This document shows, in pieces, positions 1-10,559 of a DNA stretch of 51,495 bases. Each line of letters starts with the position of its first letter. Position 1 is the stretch's first letter. The position numbers and the translations under genes are program-made. Under the pieces are notes generated by a model, which saw nothing but the letters and a program-made list of their open reading frames with translations, did no database searches and had not been told where the DNA came from. Origin of the DNA: Nitrospinota bacterium (GTDB taxonomy: Bacteria; UBA8248); the NCBI GenBank assembly GCA_036231405.1, contig JAZAHK010000030.1, positions 1-51,495 on the forward strand. The letters run 5' to 3'.

Positions 1-185
1 ATGTTCTTTTTAGGAACACCTATAGCTGTTTTCTTTTTCTTCAACGCACCTCGATCTGCAATTCTAGAAACCGAAATTTCGCAACCAATACGTCTACGGA
101 TCATATCTTTCTGTTCATGGAGCAACTTTACAACTCCTGAACCAACGGTCCCTAATCCTATTATACCAACTGATATTTTCTTCAT
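1..185 (-). CDS. hom: Homoserine dehydrogenase, N-terminal part (runs off the window edge)
   Basis: Not in the ORF track. Manual translation from ATG at 185 gives MKKISVGIIGLGTVGSGVVKLL..., the GLGTVG Rossmann start of Hom; lies directly downstream of alaC. Confidence 0.88.
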   Translation of the reverse strand, partial: MKKISVGIIGLGTVGSGVVKLLHEQKDMIRRRIGCEISVSRIADRGALKKKKTAIGVPKKN

Positions 186-197
186 AAGTTTCCCAAA

Positions 198-1364
198 TTA
201 GAAAATTGAACGTAGACTTTTTAAAGCTTGTCTTGTTCTATGTTCGTTTTCCACTAATGCAAAACGGACAAAATTATCCCCCAGTTCCCCGAAACCAATT
301 CCTGGAGATACTGCCACTTTGCATTCATTCAACAAATGTTTGGAAAAATCCATAGAACGCATTTCCTTAAATTTATCAGGAATTTTAGCCCATAGGAACA
401 TGGTTCCTTTAGGCTTCTCTACAGGCCAACCAATTCTATCTAGGCCTTCACACAAAACATCCCTTCTCTGTTGATAAGTATCACGGATTTCATCAACACA
501 ATCCTGAGATCCATTCAAACCAATAATTGAGGCAATTTGAATGGGCTGAAATGCACCGTAATCTAAGTAACTTTTAATACGCCTAAGTGCATATATAAGT
601 TGACTATTTCCAACTGCAAAACCCATACGCCATCCAGGCATAGAATAACTTTTTGACATAGAGAAGAATTCCACTCCTATATCTTTCGCTCCTGGAATCT
701 GAAGCAAGCTTGGTGGTTTATAACCATCGAAACCCAAATCTGCATAGGCAAAATCATGAATAACTATCAAATTATGTTCCTTTGCGAAACCTATCACTTT
801 TTCAAAAAAATCCAAATCTACGCATACAGTTGTTGGATTATGAGGAAAACTTAGAAGTAAAATCTTTGGTCTAGGCCATAAGGGGTTAATTACGTCTTTC
901 ATATTCGAAAAAAAATCATCACCTTGAGATAGAGGAACTTGCACAACATTACCGTTAGCAATAACAAGTGCATACGTATGTATAGGATACGTAGGACTTG
1001 GCACCATAACGACATCCCCCGGGTTTGTAATTGCCAAGGACAAATGTGAAATGCCCTCTTTCACTCCTATAGTGACTATAGCCTCTTCTTCTGGATCTAT
1101 TTCTACATCGTAACGTCTTGCATACCAATCAGATATGGCACTCCTCAAGCGTGTAATACCCCTAGAAGCACTATATCTATGATTTCTAGGGTTCGATGCT
1201 GCTTCTATTAGTTTTTCTACAATATGTGGCGGAGTTGGAATATCTGGATTCCCCATTCCAAAATCTATAATATCCTCTCCAATGCGTCTTGCATTGAGTT
1301 TCAGTTCATCAACTTCTGCAAAAACATAAGGCGGAAGCCTGTTTATTCTGTCAAAATTATTCAT
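198..1364 (-). CDS. alaC: PLP-dependent class I/II aminotransferase, alanine transaminase AlaC type
   Basis: RLPPYVF start, [39 protein letters not shown] (PLP lysine), KSYLDYG. Confidence 0.85.
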   Translation of the reverse strand: MNNFDRINRLPPYVFAEVDELKLNARRIGEDIIDFGMGNPDIPTPPHIVEKLIEAASNPRNHRYSASRGITRLRSAISDWYARRYDVEIDPEEEAIVTIGVKEGISHLSLAITNPGDVVMVPSPTYPIHTYALVIANGNVVQVPLSQGDDFFSNMKDVINPLWPRPKILLLSFPHNPTTVCVDLDFFEKVIGFAKEHNLIVIHDFAYADLGFDGYKPPSLLQIPGAKDIGVEFFSMSKSYSMPGWRMGFAVGNSQLIYALRRIKSYLDYGAFQPIQIASIIGLNGSQDCVDEIRDTYQQRRDVLCEGLDRIGWPVEKPKGTMFLWAKIPDKFKEMRSMDFSKHLLNECKVAVSPGIGFGELGDNFVRFALVENEHRTRQALKSLRSIF

Positions 1365-2355
1365 ATTCTACCTGACTAAAAAAATTTACTCTCTGTTTTT
1401 TCCTGTCAACAGGGGAAATATTTTCACCCAAGCCATTAACAGTCATATACCTTTTTCCTTCAAGGTCATATGAAGATGCTTCTATCTCTCCTTGCGCTAA
1501 CTCCAAAGCTTCTGCGGCATTATATGAACTTCTAACAAATGGGCCAGCAAACACAGATGAAAATCCCTTTTCTTTTGCAGCAATTCTATACCTATTGTAG
1601 ACATCAGGATGAATATATTCTTTAACAGGTATCGCTTTTTTTTGCGGTTGCAAATATTGCCCTACAGTAAGAATGTCACAACTTACTTGAGGATCCCTTA
1701 AATCATCCATTAGAGAATAAACATCATCTTCTTTTTCCCCTAAACCAACCATCACACCACTTTTTGTAACAATATTTGGATCTAATTTTTTAGCAACTGA
1801 TAAAACTTCAAGAGATCTATTGAAGTCACCGTTTGGCCTGACTCTTAGAAAAAGTCTTCTTACTGTTTCCATATTGTGATTAAAAACATCTGGTCCTGAT
1901 TCAACAACAGTTTTCACAGATTTGATATCCCCTAAAAAATCAGAAACTAAAACTTCAATCTTAGCCATAGGATTTTTATCTCTAACCGCTCTTACAGTAT
2001 TAGCCACATGTTCAGAAGCCCCATCAAATAAGTCATCGCGATTTACCATCGTAACTACAACATGTTTCAGTTTCATAATTCTTGCTGTCTCAGCAACATT
2101 GAACGGTTCCATTAAATCTAAATCAAAGGGCATTCCTTTTGATACTGAACAATAACCACAAGTTCTTGTGCAGATATCGCCAGCAATCATAAATGTTGCG
2201 GTTCCTCTCGAAAAGCAGTCAAATAAATTAGGACATTTGGCTTCCTCACAGACAGTATGTAGATTTTTTGATCTCATCAAGGACTTTACATTATGAGCAT
2301 TACTTGGGTTTGGAAGCCTTTTAACAAGCCACGGAGGAAATCTATTAGAACTCAA
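1357..2355 (-). CDS. lipA: Lipoyl synthase
   Basis: [12 protein letters not shown] (CX4CX5C), CTRTCGYC radical-SAM motif, [20 protein letters not shown] start after AAGGGG. Confidence 0.96.
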   Translation of the reverse strand: MSSNRFPPWLVKRLPNPSNAHNVKSLMRSKNLHTVCEEAKCPNLFDCFSRGTATFMIAGDICTRTCGYCSVSKGMPFDLDLMEPFNVAETARIMKLKHVVVTMVNRDDLFDGASEHVANTVRAVRDKNPMAKIEVLVSDFLGDIKSVKTVVESGPDVFNHNMETVRRLFLRVRPNGDFNRSLEVLSVAKKLDPNIVTKSGVMVGLGEKEDDVYSLMDDLRDPQVSCDILTVGQYLQPQKKAIPVKEYIHPDVYNRYRIAAKEKGFSSVFAGPFVRSSYNAAEALELAQGEIEASSYDLEGKRYMTVNGLGENISPVDRKKQRVNFFSQVEYE

Positions 2356-2382
2356 ACCATACCCCTTACGATAATTACATGA

Positions 2383-3072
2383 TCAATTTTTAATTATTTG
2401 AAATTTGCTGATCTTTAAATCTTTCTTTAATTTTTTTCTCAAACGATCTAGAGAACCTTTGGCAGAAGGGACATCGATTCTCACACGATACCATTTGCCT
2501 CTTTTCCCTAAATCCACAAACTCCACATAAGCAGAAAACCCCTTATATTTTAATTTCCTAGTAATGTCATTAGCAAGTACTATTTTTTTGAACGATGCAA
2601 TTTGTAAAGAATATCGCCCCTTTGAAATATCTTTCTTATGTCGAGTCAGTGGCTTATCTAAACCTTGCAAATTATTTGTTTTTTTTAAGCTGATTGTTTT
2701 GGAATTTTTTACCGAAGATTTTTCATTCAAATTTGACTTTATTCTGCTAGATTCAAAAGAATCGTCTTGTCTGTCTTCATTCAAAGTATTATAAAATTCT
2801 TTTTTTATTCTTAAATCTCTCTTCACATCTTTTTGCAAGAGGTTTTTTCTAGTTCCTTTTTTCAACAAATATATTTCTTTTCGATTACTGTTTTTTTTCT
2901 TTTCATCAAGGAATCCTCTCTCTTTATTTTTTCCAATCCAGTGACCAAAAGAAAAAAATGCACTTAACAAAAACAAAAACGTAGCAATACAAACTGCAAA
3001 TTTCGACTTAGTAAAGGTTACACTCAAAAAAGAATCTTTTCGTGTATTTCTTTTCATGAATAAAAAATTCAC
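2383..3072 (-). CDS. SPOR-domain membrane-anchored protein (FtsN/DedD-like); start uncertain
   Basis: N-terminal TM segment, charged linker, C-terminal YSLQIASF...LKYKGFSAYV...GKWYRVRI; follows argS as is common. Confidence 0.8.
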   Translation of the reverse strand: MNFLFMKRNTRKDSFLSVTFTKSKFAVCIATFLFLLSAFFSFGHWIGKNKERGFLDEKKKNSNRKEIYLLKKGTRKNLLQKDVKRDLRIKKEFYNTLNEDRQDDSFESSRIKSNLNEKSSVKNSKTISLKKTNNLQGLDKPLTRHKKDISKGRYSLQIASFKKIVLANDITRKLKYKGFSAYVEFVDLGKRGKWYRVRIDVPSAKGSLDRLRKKLKKDLKISKFQIIKN

Positions 3073-3097
3073 TTTCTAATAGCGGAAGTGATTAATT

Positions 3098-4756
3098 TCA
3101 CATCTTCTCAGGCGCACTCACACCTATAAGTTCCAATCCATTCCTAATTATTTCCCTCACACACTTCGCAAGGAAAAGCCTAGCACGTGACGTTTCTTTG
3201 TCATCAGACAAAAATCTATTCTGGTTATAATATCCATGGAAATTTTTCGCTAATGAAATCAAAGAAAACGCTATATGATGTGGCTCATGTTGCTTCACAG
3301 CCAAAATGAGATTCTCAGGCCATTCTAATATAGAGAGAAACAATTTATGATCGTCCAAAGAATGAAGTGATTTTAATGAAGATTCATCAATTCTCTCTAT
3401 TTCTATTCCTTTTTCTTTTGCTTGTTCTAACAAACTTGATGTTCTGGCATATGCGTACTGTACGTAAAAAACAGGATTTTCATTTGACTGAGTTTTAGCC
3501 AAATCTAAGTCAAATTCCAATGTAGTGTCAGGACTTCTCATCAAAAAGAAAAAACGAGCAGTATCTACGCCCACTTCTTTAACAACGGTAGATAATTCCT
3601 CGAATTCTCCTGAGCGAGTACTCATCTGAACTTTCTCAAGCCCCCTTTTCAAACTTACAAACTGAATAAACAGCACATCTAACTGTGAAGAATCGAATCC
3701 TAACATTTCGAGTGAAGCTTTAACTCTGGGCAAATATCCATGATGATCTGAACCCCAAATGTTAATATATTTGTTGAATTTTTTTTCGAATTTTAGTTTA
3801 TGGTACGCTATATCGGACGCAAGATAAGTCGGATTGCCATTATCTCTTACGACAACTCTGTCTTTTTCATCACCAAAATCTGAAGATCGTATCCACTTTG
3901 CACCTTGGTCTTCATAAATCATTTTCTTCTTTTCAAGTTCAGAAATACAATCTGAAACGCTTGTATCTTCGAAGAGACTTTTTTCACTAAACCAATTGTC
4001 AAAATTTACGCCAAACGAACTGAGGCTCTCTCGAATATTGTCTAGAATCTTCTGAGCACTTATTTCTTTTGAAACACGCATTGCTTCTTCAGTGTTATTT
4101 AATTGATTAAGTGCGTCACTATATTCCTTAGAATTTGCAATGTCTTTTATATATCCTCCTTGATACCCGTCGTCTGGAAAATCTACTTCTTCTCCATTCA
4201 ATTGCTTGAAACGAAAATAAACAGATTCTCCTAATTTATCAATTTGATTTCCCGCATCATTAACATAATATTCAGTATGAACCTCATATCCAGCTGCTCT
4301 TAATAGTCTAGCTAGTGAATCACCTACTGCTGCACCCCTACCATGTCCAATATGCAAAGGACCTGTAGGATTCGCACTAACGAATTCTAGAAAGATAGAC
4401 TCTCCTCTTCCTAACTTATCAAAACCTATCCCTAGAGGATTTTCTTTAAGGAGTGCTACGTATTCAGACAAAATTTGAGTATTCAAATAGAAGTTAATAA
4501 ATCCTGGTTTTTCAATTTTAATTTCTTTTATTAATTTTTCGTCCTTTGGATAGAATTCAATAATGTTGCCTGCTATGTCCATAGGGGATTTTTTCTCTAA
4601 TTTAGCAAAAACCATGGATACATTCGTTGAAAAATCGCCGAATTTTGGTTCAGAAGGTCTTTCTATATTGTAATTAATTTTCTTATCTTTCGCAGCATGA
4701 AGTCCTGAACTCATAAGAGCCTTGTCTGTTAAATCTCTGATAAAATTTTTAATCAA
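3098..4756 (-). CDS. argS: Arginine--tRNA ligase
   Basis: FGDFSTN, EFVSANPTGPLHIGHGR (HIGH), DHHGY, MSTRSG, YVQYAYAR, GVSAPEKM end; TTG start after GAGGA. Confidence 0.98.
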   Translation of the reverse strand: MIKNFIRDLTDKALMSSGLHAAKDKKINYNIERPSEPKFGDFSTNVSMVFAKLEKKSPMDIAGNIIEFYPKDEKLIKEIKIEKPGFINFYLNTQILSEYVALLKENPLGIGFDKLGRGESIFLEFVSANPTGPLHIGHGRGAAVGDSLARLLRAAGYEVHTEYYVNDAGNQIDKLGESVYFRFKQLNGEEVDFPDDGYQGGYIKDIANSKEYSDALNQLNNTEEAMRVSKEISAQKILDNIRESLSSFGVNFDNWFSEKSLFEDTSVSDCISELEKKKMIYEDQGAKWIRSSDFGDEKDRVVVRDNGNPTYLASDIAYHKLKFEKKFNKYINIWGSDHHGYLPRVKASLEMLGFDSSQLDVLFIQFVSLKRGLEKVQMSTRSGEFEELSTVVKEVGVDTARFFFLMRSPDTTLEFDLDLAKTQSNENPVFYVQYAYARTSSLLEQAKEKGIEIERIDESSLKSLHSLDDHKLFLSILEWPENLILAVKQHEPHHIAFSLISLAKNFHGYYNQNRFLSDDKETSRARLFLAKCVREIIRNGLELIGVSAPEKM

Positions 4757-4798
4757 TTATTTCATCCTCAAAATCTGAAATACTCAGTACCTTTAATA

Positions 4799-5536
4799 CT
4801 ACTTTTTTGTAATTGATCCCAAGTTAATTCCACAATGATAGGAAAGAAAATGATACCCTAAACTAATAATTTCTTCTTGCAACTGAGAAATGATTTTTAT
4901 GTCGTGAATTCCATTTATGTCCGACCGAAAAGTTTCAAGGATAGTCAAAATAGTCCCTTGAGATAATTTAAAAACATGTGAAGTACTTAACTTACAACTC
5001 GAACAACGCAATTCTCCATTTTCTATATTAAAAAAAACCTCTCCTTTCTTCTCTTGTAAATTGCATTCTTCACAATAATTAAAACTAGGAGTGAATCCTA
5101 AAGCTACAATTTCACCTAACAAAAAAGTACATTCTACATTTTTAGGGACTCTGCCATCTTCTATAGCACGAAGAGCTCTCTTGAAAATTTCATAATTAAG
5201 ATTTTCCGCATCACTTGAAGAAAACAAACGATCTATTGTCTTTATCATACGAAGTGCAACCTGCATAGATTCGTAATCTTCCCAAATACGCCTAAATATT
5301 TTTACACTGTCACAACTTCTCAAGGTGCCAAGTTCTGAATTGTCTTTTCTGTACCATTCTAGTTCTACTAGCGTACCTGGCTCAAAACGAACGCCGGTCT
5401 GCTTCTTTGATGCTCTCACACCTTTGCAAACTAATTTTATTTTCCCAAAAGATTTGGTCAGGTAAGAAACTATTAAGCTAGTATTAGAAAAAGCTATCTT
5501 GTTGAGTACAATGCCTTCTGAATTATAAATCCCCAT
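4799..5536 (-). CDS. recO: DNA repair protein RecO
   Basis: EGIVL...LTKSFGKIKLVCKG OB fold and Zn-finger CEEC...CSSC; start placed at ATG 5536 because the longer ORF start overlaps the rpsU promoter. Confidence 0.88.
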   Translation of the reverse strand: MGIYNSEGIVLNKIAFSNTSLIVSYLTKSFGKIKLVCKGVRASKKQTGVRFEPGTLVELEWYRKDNSELGTLRSCDSVKIFRRIWEDYESMQVALRMIKTIDRLFSSSDAENLNYEIFKRALRAIEDGRVPKNVECTFLLGEIVALGFTPSFNYCEECNLQEKKGEVFFNIENGELRCSSCKLSTSHVFKLSQGTILTILETFRSDINGIHDIKIISQLQEEIISLGYHFLSYHCGINLGSITKK

Positions 5537-5565
5537 TCCTTTTAGCCCTAAATTAAAAAAATCAC

Positions 5566-5594
5566 TTGACGGACCCATTAATTTAAACGATATT
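5566..5594 (+). promoter_or_regulatory. Sigma70-type promoter for rpsU
   Basis: TTGACG (5566-5571), 17 bp spacer, GATATT (5589-5594). Confidence 0.6.
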
Positions 5595-5615
5595 CACATT
5601 GTTCGTTTTTTGCAA
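5587..5615 (-). promoter_or_regulatory. Sigma70-type promoter for recO and downstream genes
   Basis: Minus strand TTGCAA (5615-5610), 17 bp spacer, TATCGT (5592-5587). Confidence 0.5.
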
Positions 5616-5647
5616 ATAATTTTATTGATATAGATAGGAATTTATAT

Positions 5648-5836
5648 ATGCCAGGAGTAAAGGTTCTTGAAGGTGACTCGATAGATAAGGCTTTGAAACA
5701 ATTCAAGAAACAGTGTGAGAAATCAGGGATACTTACTGAAATAAAGAAAAGAGAGTACTACGAAAAACCTAGTGTACGGCGTAAAAGAAAAATTATCGCT
5801 GCTAGAAAGAAGAGAGCAAGATCTCAAACACGATAG
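5648..5836 (+). CDS. rpsU: 30S ribosomal protein S21
   Basis: [17 protein letters not shown]...REYYEKPS signature; AGGA SD. Confidence 0.97.
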   Translation: MPGVKVLEGDSIDKALKQFKKQCEKSGILTEIKKREYYEKPSVRRKRKIIAARKKRARSQTR

Positions 5837-5958
5837 ATCAAATCAACCCTACCAAACACATGCGACGTACCAAAAAAAGAGCTTTTATATTATTTTCTGA
5901 ATGAAGTCGTTTGCCAGATAGTAAGTAAAACTTTATCTCTTATTCTTGTAATTACCTT

Positions 5959-6855
5959 CTAGTTTCCATAGCCCAATTCATTTAATGATGTGTCTTTCTG
6001 TCTCCAGTTCTCTTTGACCCCAACTTTCAAATCGAGAAATACTTTCGAATCTAAATATTTCTCGATTTCCAACCTAGAAGATTCTCCTATAGTTTTAATT
6101 TTCGAACCATTTTTCCCTATTAAAATCCCTTTCTGGCTATCTCGCTCCACGAAAATAACAGCTTCTATTTCAAAAAGAGACTTTCTCTTATTCATACCAA
6201 ATCTATTAACTCTAACAGCTGAAGAATATGGGATCTCTTTGTAAGATTTAAGAAAAACCTGCTCTCTTATTAATTCGCTCACAAAAAAAACATCATCAGA
6301 ATCAGAAAGTATATCTGGAGGATAAAGTTCAGGGCCCTTAGGCAACATTTCAAGAAGAACATCTAATAATCTTCCAACATTTTGACTCTTCATTGCAGAG
6401 ATAGGAACAATATCATGGATTGCATTAATAGCAGAAAAATTTTCTATTATTTCAAAAAGAACTGTTTTATCTTTTAATTTGTCAATTTTATTTAGGACTA
6501 AAACTATAGGAACATTCAAGTTCGCTAAAAAGTCTTCTATTATCTCTTGACTGAAATTACTCGCGACATCGATCATATAAAGAACAATGTCTGAATTTGC
6601 ACATGCCGTTTTTACTTCTTCAACCAAAATTTTATCTAGCTTACTTCTCGCTCTTTCTATCCCAGGAGTATCGCAAAAAACAATTTGACCATTTTGCTTG
6701 TTCAAAACCCCAAGGATATTTGTACGTGTTGTACCAGGTTTTCTAGTGACAATCCCTAATTTTTCATTCAAGATTTTATTAAGAAGAGTAGATTTTCCAA
6801 CATTTGGAAGACCAACTATAGCAACATATCCAGAACGAAAATCATTCATATACAT
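5959..6855 (-). CDS. era: GTPase Era
   Basis: FRSGYVAIVGLPNVGKSTL, DTPG, NKID, EIPYS, KH-domain SQKGILIGKNG. Confidence 0.97.
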   Translation of the reverse strand: MYMNDFRSGYVAIVGLPNVGKSTLLNKILNEKLGIVTRKPGTTRTNILGVLNKQNGQIVFCDTPGIERARSKLDKILVEEVKTACANSDIVLYMIDVASNFSQEIIEDFLANLNVPIVLVLNKIDKLKDKTVLFEIIENFSAINAIHDIVPISAMKSQNVGRLLDVLLEMLPKGPELYPPDILSDSDDVFFVSELIREQVFLKSYKEIPYSSAVRVNRFGMNKRKSLFEIEAVIFVERDSQKGILIGKNGSKIKTIGESSRLEIEKYLDSKVFLDLKVGVKENWRQKDTSLNELGYGN

Positions 6856-6879
6856 TTATTTCAAAATAAATAAAAAACA

Positions 6880-8646
6880 CTAAGCAAGACCAAGATCTTT
6901 GAGTTGAGTTCTATTAACATCTGTAGGAGCGTCAGTCATCAGACAAGTAGATTTCTGCGTTTTTGGGAATGCTATAACATCCCTGATTGAATCTGCGCCT
7001 GCAAGGAGCATAACAATTCTATCTAATCCAAATGCAATCCCACCGTGTGGAGGGGTTCCATATTCAAGTGCTTCGAGGAAAAATCCAAAACGCTCTTTCG
7101 CCTCTTCTTTACTTAAACCCAAAACTTCAAACATTTTTTGCTGCACATCACGCTGAAAGATTCTCTGGCTTCCACCGCCAATCTCACTTCCATTCACGAC
7201 AACATCGTAAGCACATGCTCGCATTTTCAAAGGATCCGTATCAAACAACTCTATATCCTCTTTAACAGGAAGGGTGAAAGGATGATGCATTGCGAAAAAT
7301 TTTTGTTCATCCTCATTCCATTCAAACATAGGAAAATCAACAACCCAACAAAAACTATATTTATTTTTAGTTCTAAGTCCTAGTTTATCTCCAATATCTA
7401 ATCTTAATTGACCAAGAACCGATGCGCTTACTTTTTCTGAATCAGCAACCATAAGAATCAAGTCCCCAACTTCAGCACCCGTTTTATCTGCGATTGAGTT
7501 TAATTGAGTTTCAGAAAAAAATTTCACTATATTGGACTCAAATCCATTTTCCGTTTTCTTCATCCAAGCTAAACCATTGGCTCCTAACTCTTGCGCCCTT
7601 GTAATCAAATCTTCTATTTCTTTTCTAGACATAGAAGACATACCCTTAGCACCAAGAGATCTGACTATACCGCCACTTTCCACTATCCCCTTAAAAACTT
7701 TAAATTCACTTTCTGCCGCAATTTCAGTAATGTTAGCTAATTTCATTCCAAATCGAGTATCCGGTCTATCATTGCCGTAGAGTTCTATCGCATCTCCGTA
7801 GGTAATAACCTCAAAAGAATCTGTAATCTTCACTCCTAAAACTTTATCCCATATTCGACATACTAACGCCTCCATTTTTGCCATAAAGAGCTTCATTCCT
7901 AAAAAGGAGCATTCGATATCTATTTGTGTGAACTCAGGCTGTCTATCTGCACGCAAGTCCTCGTCTCTAAAACATTTCACAATTTGATAATATTTATCTA
8001 AACCTGCGATCATAAGTAACTGTTTAAACATCTGAGGACTTTGAGGAAGAGCGAAAAACTTTCCTTTGTGTATTCTGCTTGGAACAAGATAGTCCCTCGC
8101 ACCTTCCGGAGTACTTTTGGTAAGCACAGGTGTTTCTACATCTATAAAATCCTCATCATTGAGAAACTCTCTTATCACTGTCGTTGCTTTATGCCTAAGT
8201 TTTAAATTATCAGAAATTAAAGACCTACGGAGATCAAGATATCTGTATTGCAACCTAAGAGATTCACCTACCTCAACTTCATCGTCAATTTCAAATGGAG
8301 GAGTCTTTGAATCACTTAATACTTCCAATGCAATTATAGATACTTCAACCTCTCCTGTAGATATTTTTTCGTTGACCATATCTTCAGGTCTAGCATTCAC
8401 CTTTCCTTTAATTGCAATCACCCATTCACTTCTAACTGTCTCGGATAAGGCATGCGCATCTTTGTTAATTCCTGGATCTGCCACAACTTGCGCAATTCCT
8501 GAGTTATCTCTTAAATCTATAAAAATTAATCCTCCATGATCACGGCTTCTTTTTACCCAACCTTTTAGGACCACTTCTTCGTCAATATTAATCTTAGTAA
8601 GTTCACCGCATTTATGGGTTCTTTCACCAATCGAAGATTCATTCAA
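6880..8646 (-). CDS. aspS: Aspartate--tRNA ligase (probably non-discriminating Asp/Asn)
   Basis: RTHKCG, RDHGGLIFIDLRD, TPEGARDY, LPQSPQ, FRDEDLRADRQPEFTQ, GAD domain, PPHGGIAFGLDR. Confidence 0.98.
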   Translation of the reverse strand: MNESSIGERTHKCGELTKINIDEEVVLKGWVKRSRDHGGLIFIDLRDNSGIAQVVADPGINKDAHALSETVRSEWVIAIKGKVNARPEDMVNEKISTGEVEVSIIALEVLSDSKTPPFEIDDEVEVGESLRLQYRYLDLRRSLISDNLKLRHKATTVIREFLNDEDFIDVETPVLTKSTPEGARDYLVPSRIHKGKFFALPQSPQMFKQLLMIAGLDKYYQIVKCFRDEDLRADRQPEFTQIDIECSFLGMKLFMAKMEALVCRIWDKVLGVKITDSFEVITYGDAIELYGNDRPDTRFGMKLANITEIAAESEFKVFKGIVESGGIVRSLGAKGMSSMSRKEIEDLITRAQELGANGLAWMKKTENGFESNIVKFFSETQLNSIADKTGAEVGDLILMVADSEKVSASVLGQLRLDIGDKLGLRTKNKYSFCWVVDFPMFEWNEDEQKFFAMHHPFTLPVKEDIELFDTDPLKMRACAYDVVVNGSEIGGGSQRIFQRDVQQKMFEVLGLSKEEAKERFGFFLEALEYGTPPHGGIAFGLDRIVMLLAGADSIRDVIAFPKTQKSTCLMTDAPTDVNRTQLKDLGLA

Positions 8647-8703
8647 AATATAAACTCCATAAATTTTTTAAATTAATTTCTTACTTTATATACATATCGT
8701 AAG

Positions 8704-10380
8704 TTATTGTTTTTTATTGCTAAAAATGCTTACTGATTTTTTCCATTTAGTTGAAAGAACATCTGACTCTATCGGACAATCAATAATATGGACATTTTTT
8801 TCATTTAATGCATGGCCAAGACTTAAAGCAAGATCCTCTTTAGAAGTAATTTTATGTCCCTTTGCACCAAAAGATTCTGCTAAAGCAACAAAATCTGGGT
8901 TATTTATATCTGTAGCTATATATCTTTCTCCATACACATATTTCTGAGAGTGTCTTAAGGCTCCATATTTTCCGTCATTAAAGATTATAATAATTATATG
9001 AAGTGAATGATTGACTGCAGCTGCTAACTCCCCGCAAACCATTGTAAAACTACCGTCTCCTATTATACCGCATACCGGTCTTTCTGGAGCCCCAATTTTA
9101 GCTCCCATAGATGCTCCTAAAGCATAACCCATTGACTGATACGCTTCGGAAAGCAATAAACTTTTAGGTTGAAAAATGCTAAATGCTTCTTCCAACAACC
9201 AACTCTGTGTAGCAGAAGAATCAGAGAGAAAAACAGTATTAGAAGGCATGATGTCTCTTATGGTTTTCATTACAAACAATCCATGAAACGGTGGTTCATT
9301 ACTTTGTGACATAAATCTATCTAATCTCTCTTTATATATAGACCGGCTAGATTTAATCCTGTAAAAACCCTCTCTTTTAGAAGGCATGTTAATTTCATCC
9401 AATTTCTTTAAAATCCTTTGCAAGCTATGTTTAATTTCACCATGGATACCAAGTATTGTTGGATAATTTCTCCCTAATCTGTCTTCCATAATATCAATCT
9501 GTATTAGATTTTTTGTCATTGGCATTTTGTAGTAAGAAGTGGAAAATTGACCGAATCCTGTCCCGAGAGCCATACAAAGGTCTGATTCTTTAAGCATTTC
9601 TTCACACCCAACAAAACTTGGCAGGCCGAACGCAATAGGATCTTTTTCAGACAACACTCCTCTCCCTTTGACAGAGGTAATAACAGGAGCACCTAATTTC
9701 AAAGCTAAAGACTGCAATAATTTCTCAGCATTTGCGGCAACTACGCCTGAACCAGCATAAATGATGGGGTTGGAAGATTTTAATAGCAAATCCACTGCTT
9801 CATCTAATTTAGATTCATCTAATGGAGGAATTGGGCTAGGAGAAGGAACAACTGTACTTACAATCTGTTTTTCTTCCTCAGATTTAAACAAATTGGCCTT
9901 CATCACAATTTGAACTGGTCCAGGCCTTCCTTCGTTTGCCCATACAAATGCTGCTTTCACGAAATCTTTAATTTCAGAAACTTGATTCGGGACAAAAACT
10001 TTTTTAACACAAGAAGCTAATGCTTTTTCCATATCTACATCATGTATCGCACTTTTGTTGCGCATGGCATCTGAGAGCGCAGAGGTTATAGCAATAACTG
10101 GAACACTATCTTCTTTTGAAGATTGCAAAGCAGTCGCAATATTTGTTCCACCTGGGCCAGGCACTGTAAAAACAACTCCTGTTTTTCCGGAAACCCTGGA
10201 ATATCCGTCTGCTGCAAAAGCAGCTCCTTGTTCATGACGATTCACTATTGGATAAATATTTGGAAAATCTATAAGGGAATCATAGAAAGGTAACGTAAGA
10301 GTCCCCGGTATCCCGAAAATATACTCTACACCTTCTTCATGAAGACTATCTAAAAGTACTTGCGAACCTGTTCTCGACAT
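8704..10380 (-). CDS. Thiamine-diphosphate-dependent enzyme, acetolactate synthase/decarboxylase superfamily; substrate unknown
   Basis: FGIPG, RHEQGAAFAADGYSR, PGPGGTN, ThDP motif GDGSF...NDGKYG; no adjacent ilvN regulatory subunit. Confidence 0.85.
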   Translation of the reverse strand: MSRTGSQVLLDSLHEEGVEYIFGIPGTLTLPFYDSLIDFPNIYPIVNRHEQGAAFAADGYSRVSGKTGVVFTVPGPGGTNIATALQSSKEDSVPVIAITSALSDAMRNKSAIHDVDMEKALASCVKKVFVPNQVSEIKDFVKAAFVWANEGRPGPVQIVMKANLFKSEEEKQIVSTVVPSPSPIPPLDESKLDEAVDLLLKSSNPIIYAGSGVVAANAEKLLQSLALKLGAPVITSVKGRGVLSEKDPIAFGLPSFVGCEEMLKESDLCMALGTGFGQFSTSYYKMPMTKNLIQIDIMEDRLGRNYPTILGIHGEIKHSLQRILKKLDEINMPSKREGFYRIKSSRSIYKERLDRFMSQSNEPPFHGLFVMKTIRDIMPSNTVFLSDSSATQSWLLEEAFSIFQPKSLLLSEAYQSMGYALGASMGAKIGAPERPVCGIIGDGSFTMVCGELAAAVNHSLHIIIIIFNDGKYGALRHSQKYVYGERYIATDINNPDFVALAESFGAKGHKITSKEDLALSLGHALNEKNVHIIDCPIESDVLSTKWKKSVSIFSNKKQ

Positions 10381-10559
10381 TTACACCTCAATTTACTGCT
10401 ATAATTAAAAACGTTATTGGTTCTTATATCGGCAATTTCAATAAATATCAAAACAAGAAAACCAGAATATCTCAATGTTTTCGAAAACTACAATGAAGAC
10501 TTTGAAATTTTAATAATACAAAGTAAGGTAAGATTTAATACTAGATATGAGGAATTGAT

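Noticed and set aside
1..201. 66-aa plus-strand ORF in the track
   Set aside because: Antisense shadow of the real hom N-terminus on the minus strand.
8704..10380. ThDP enzyme as ilvB
   Set aside because: No ilvN/ilvC neighbours, and the typical IlvB GQV...DAFQE and GQHQMW motifs are absent.
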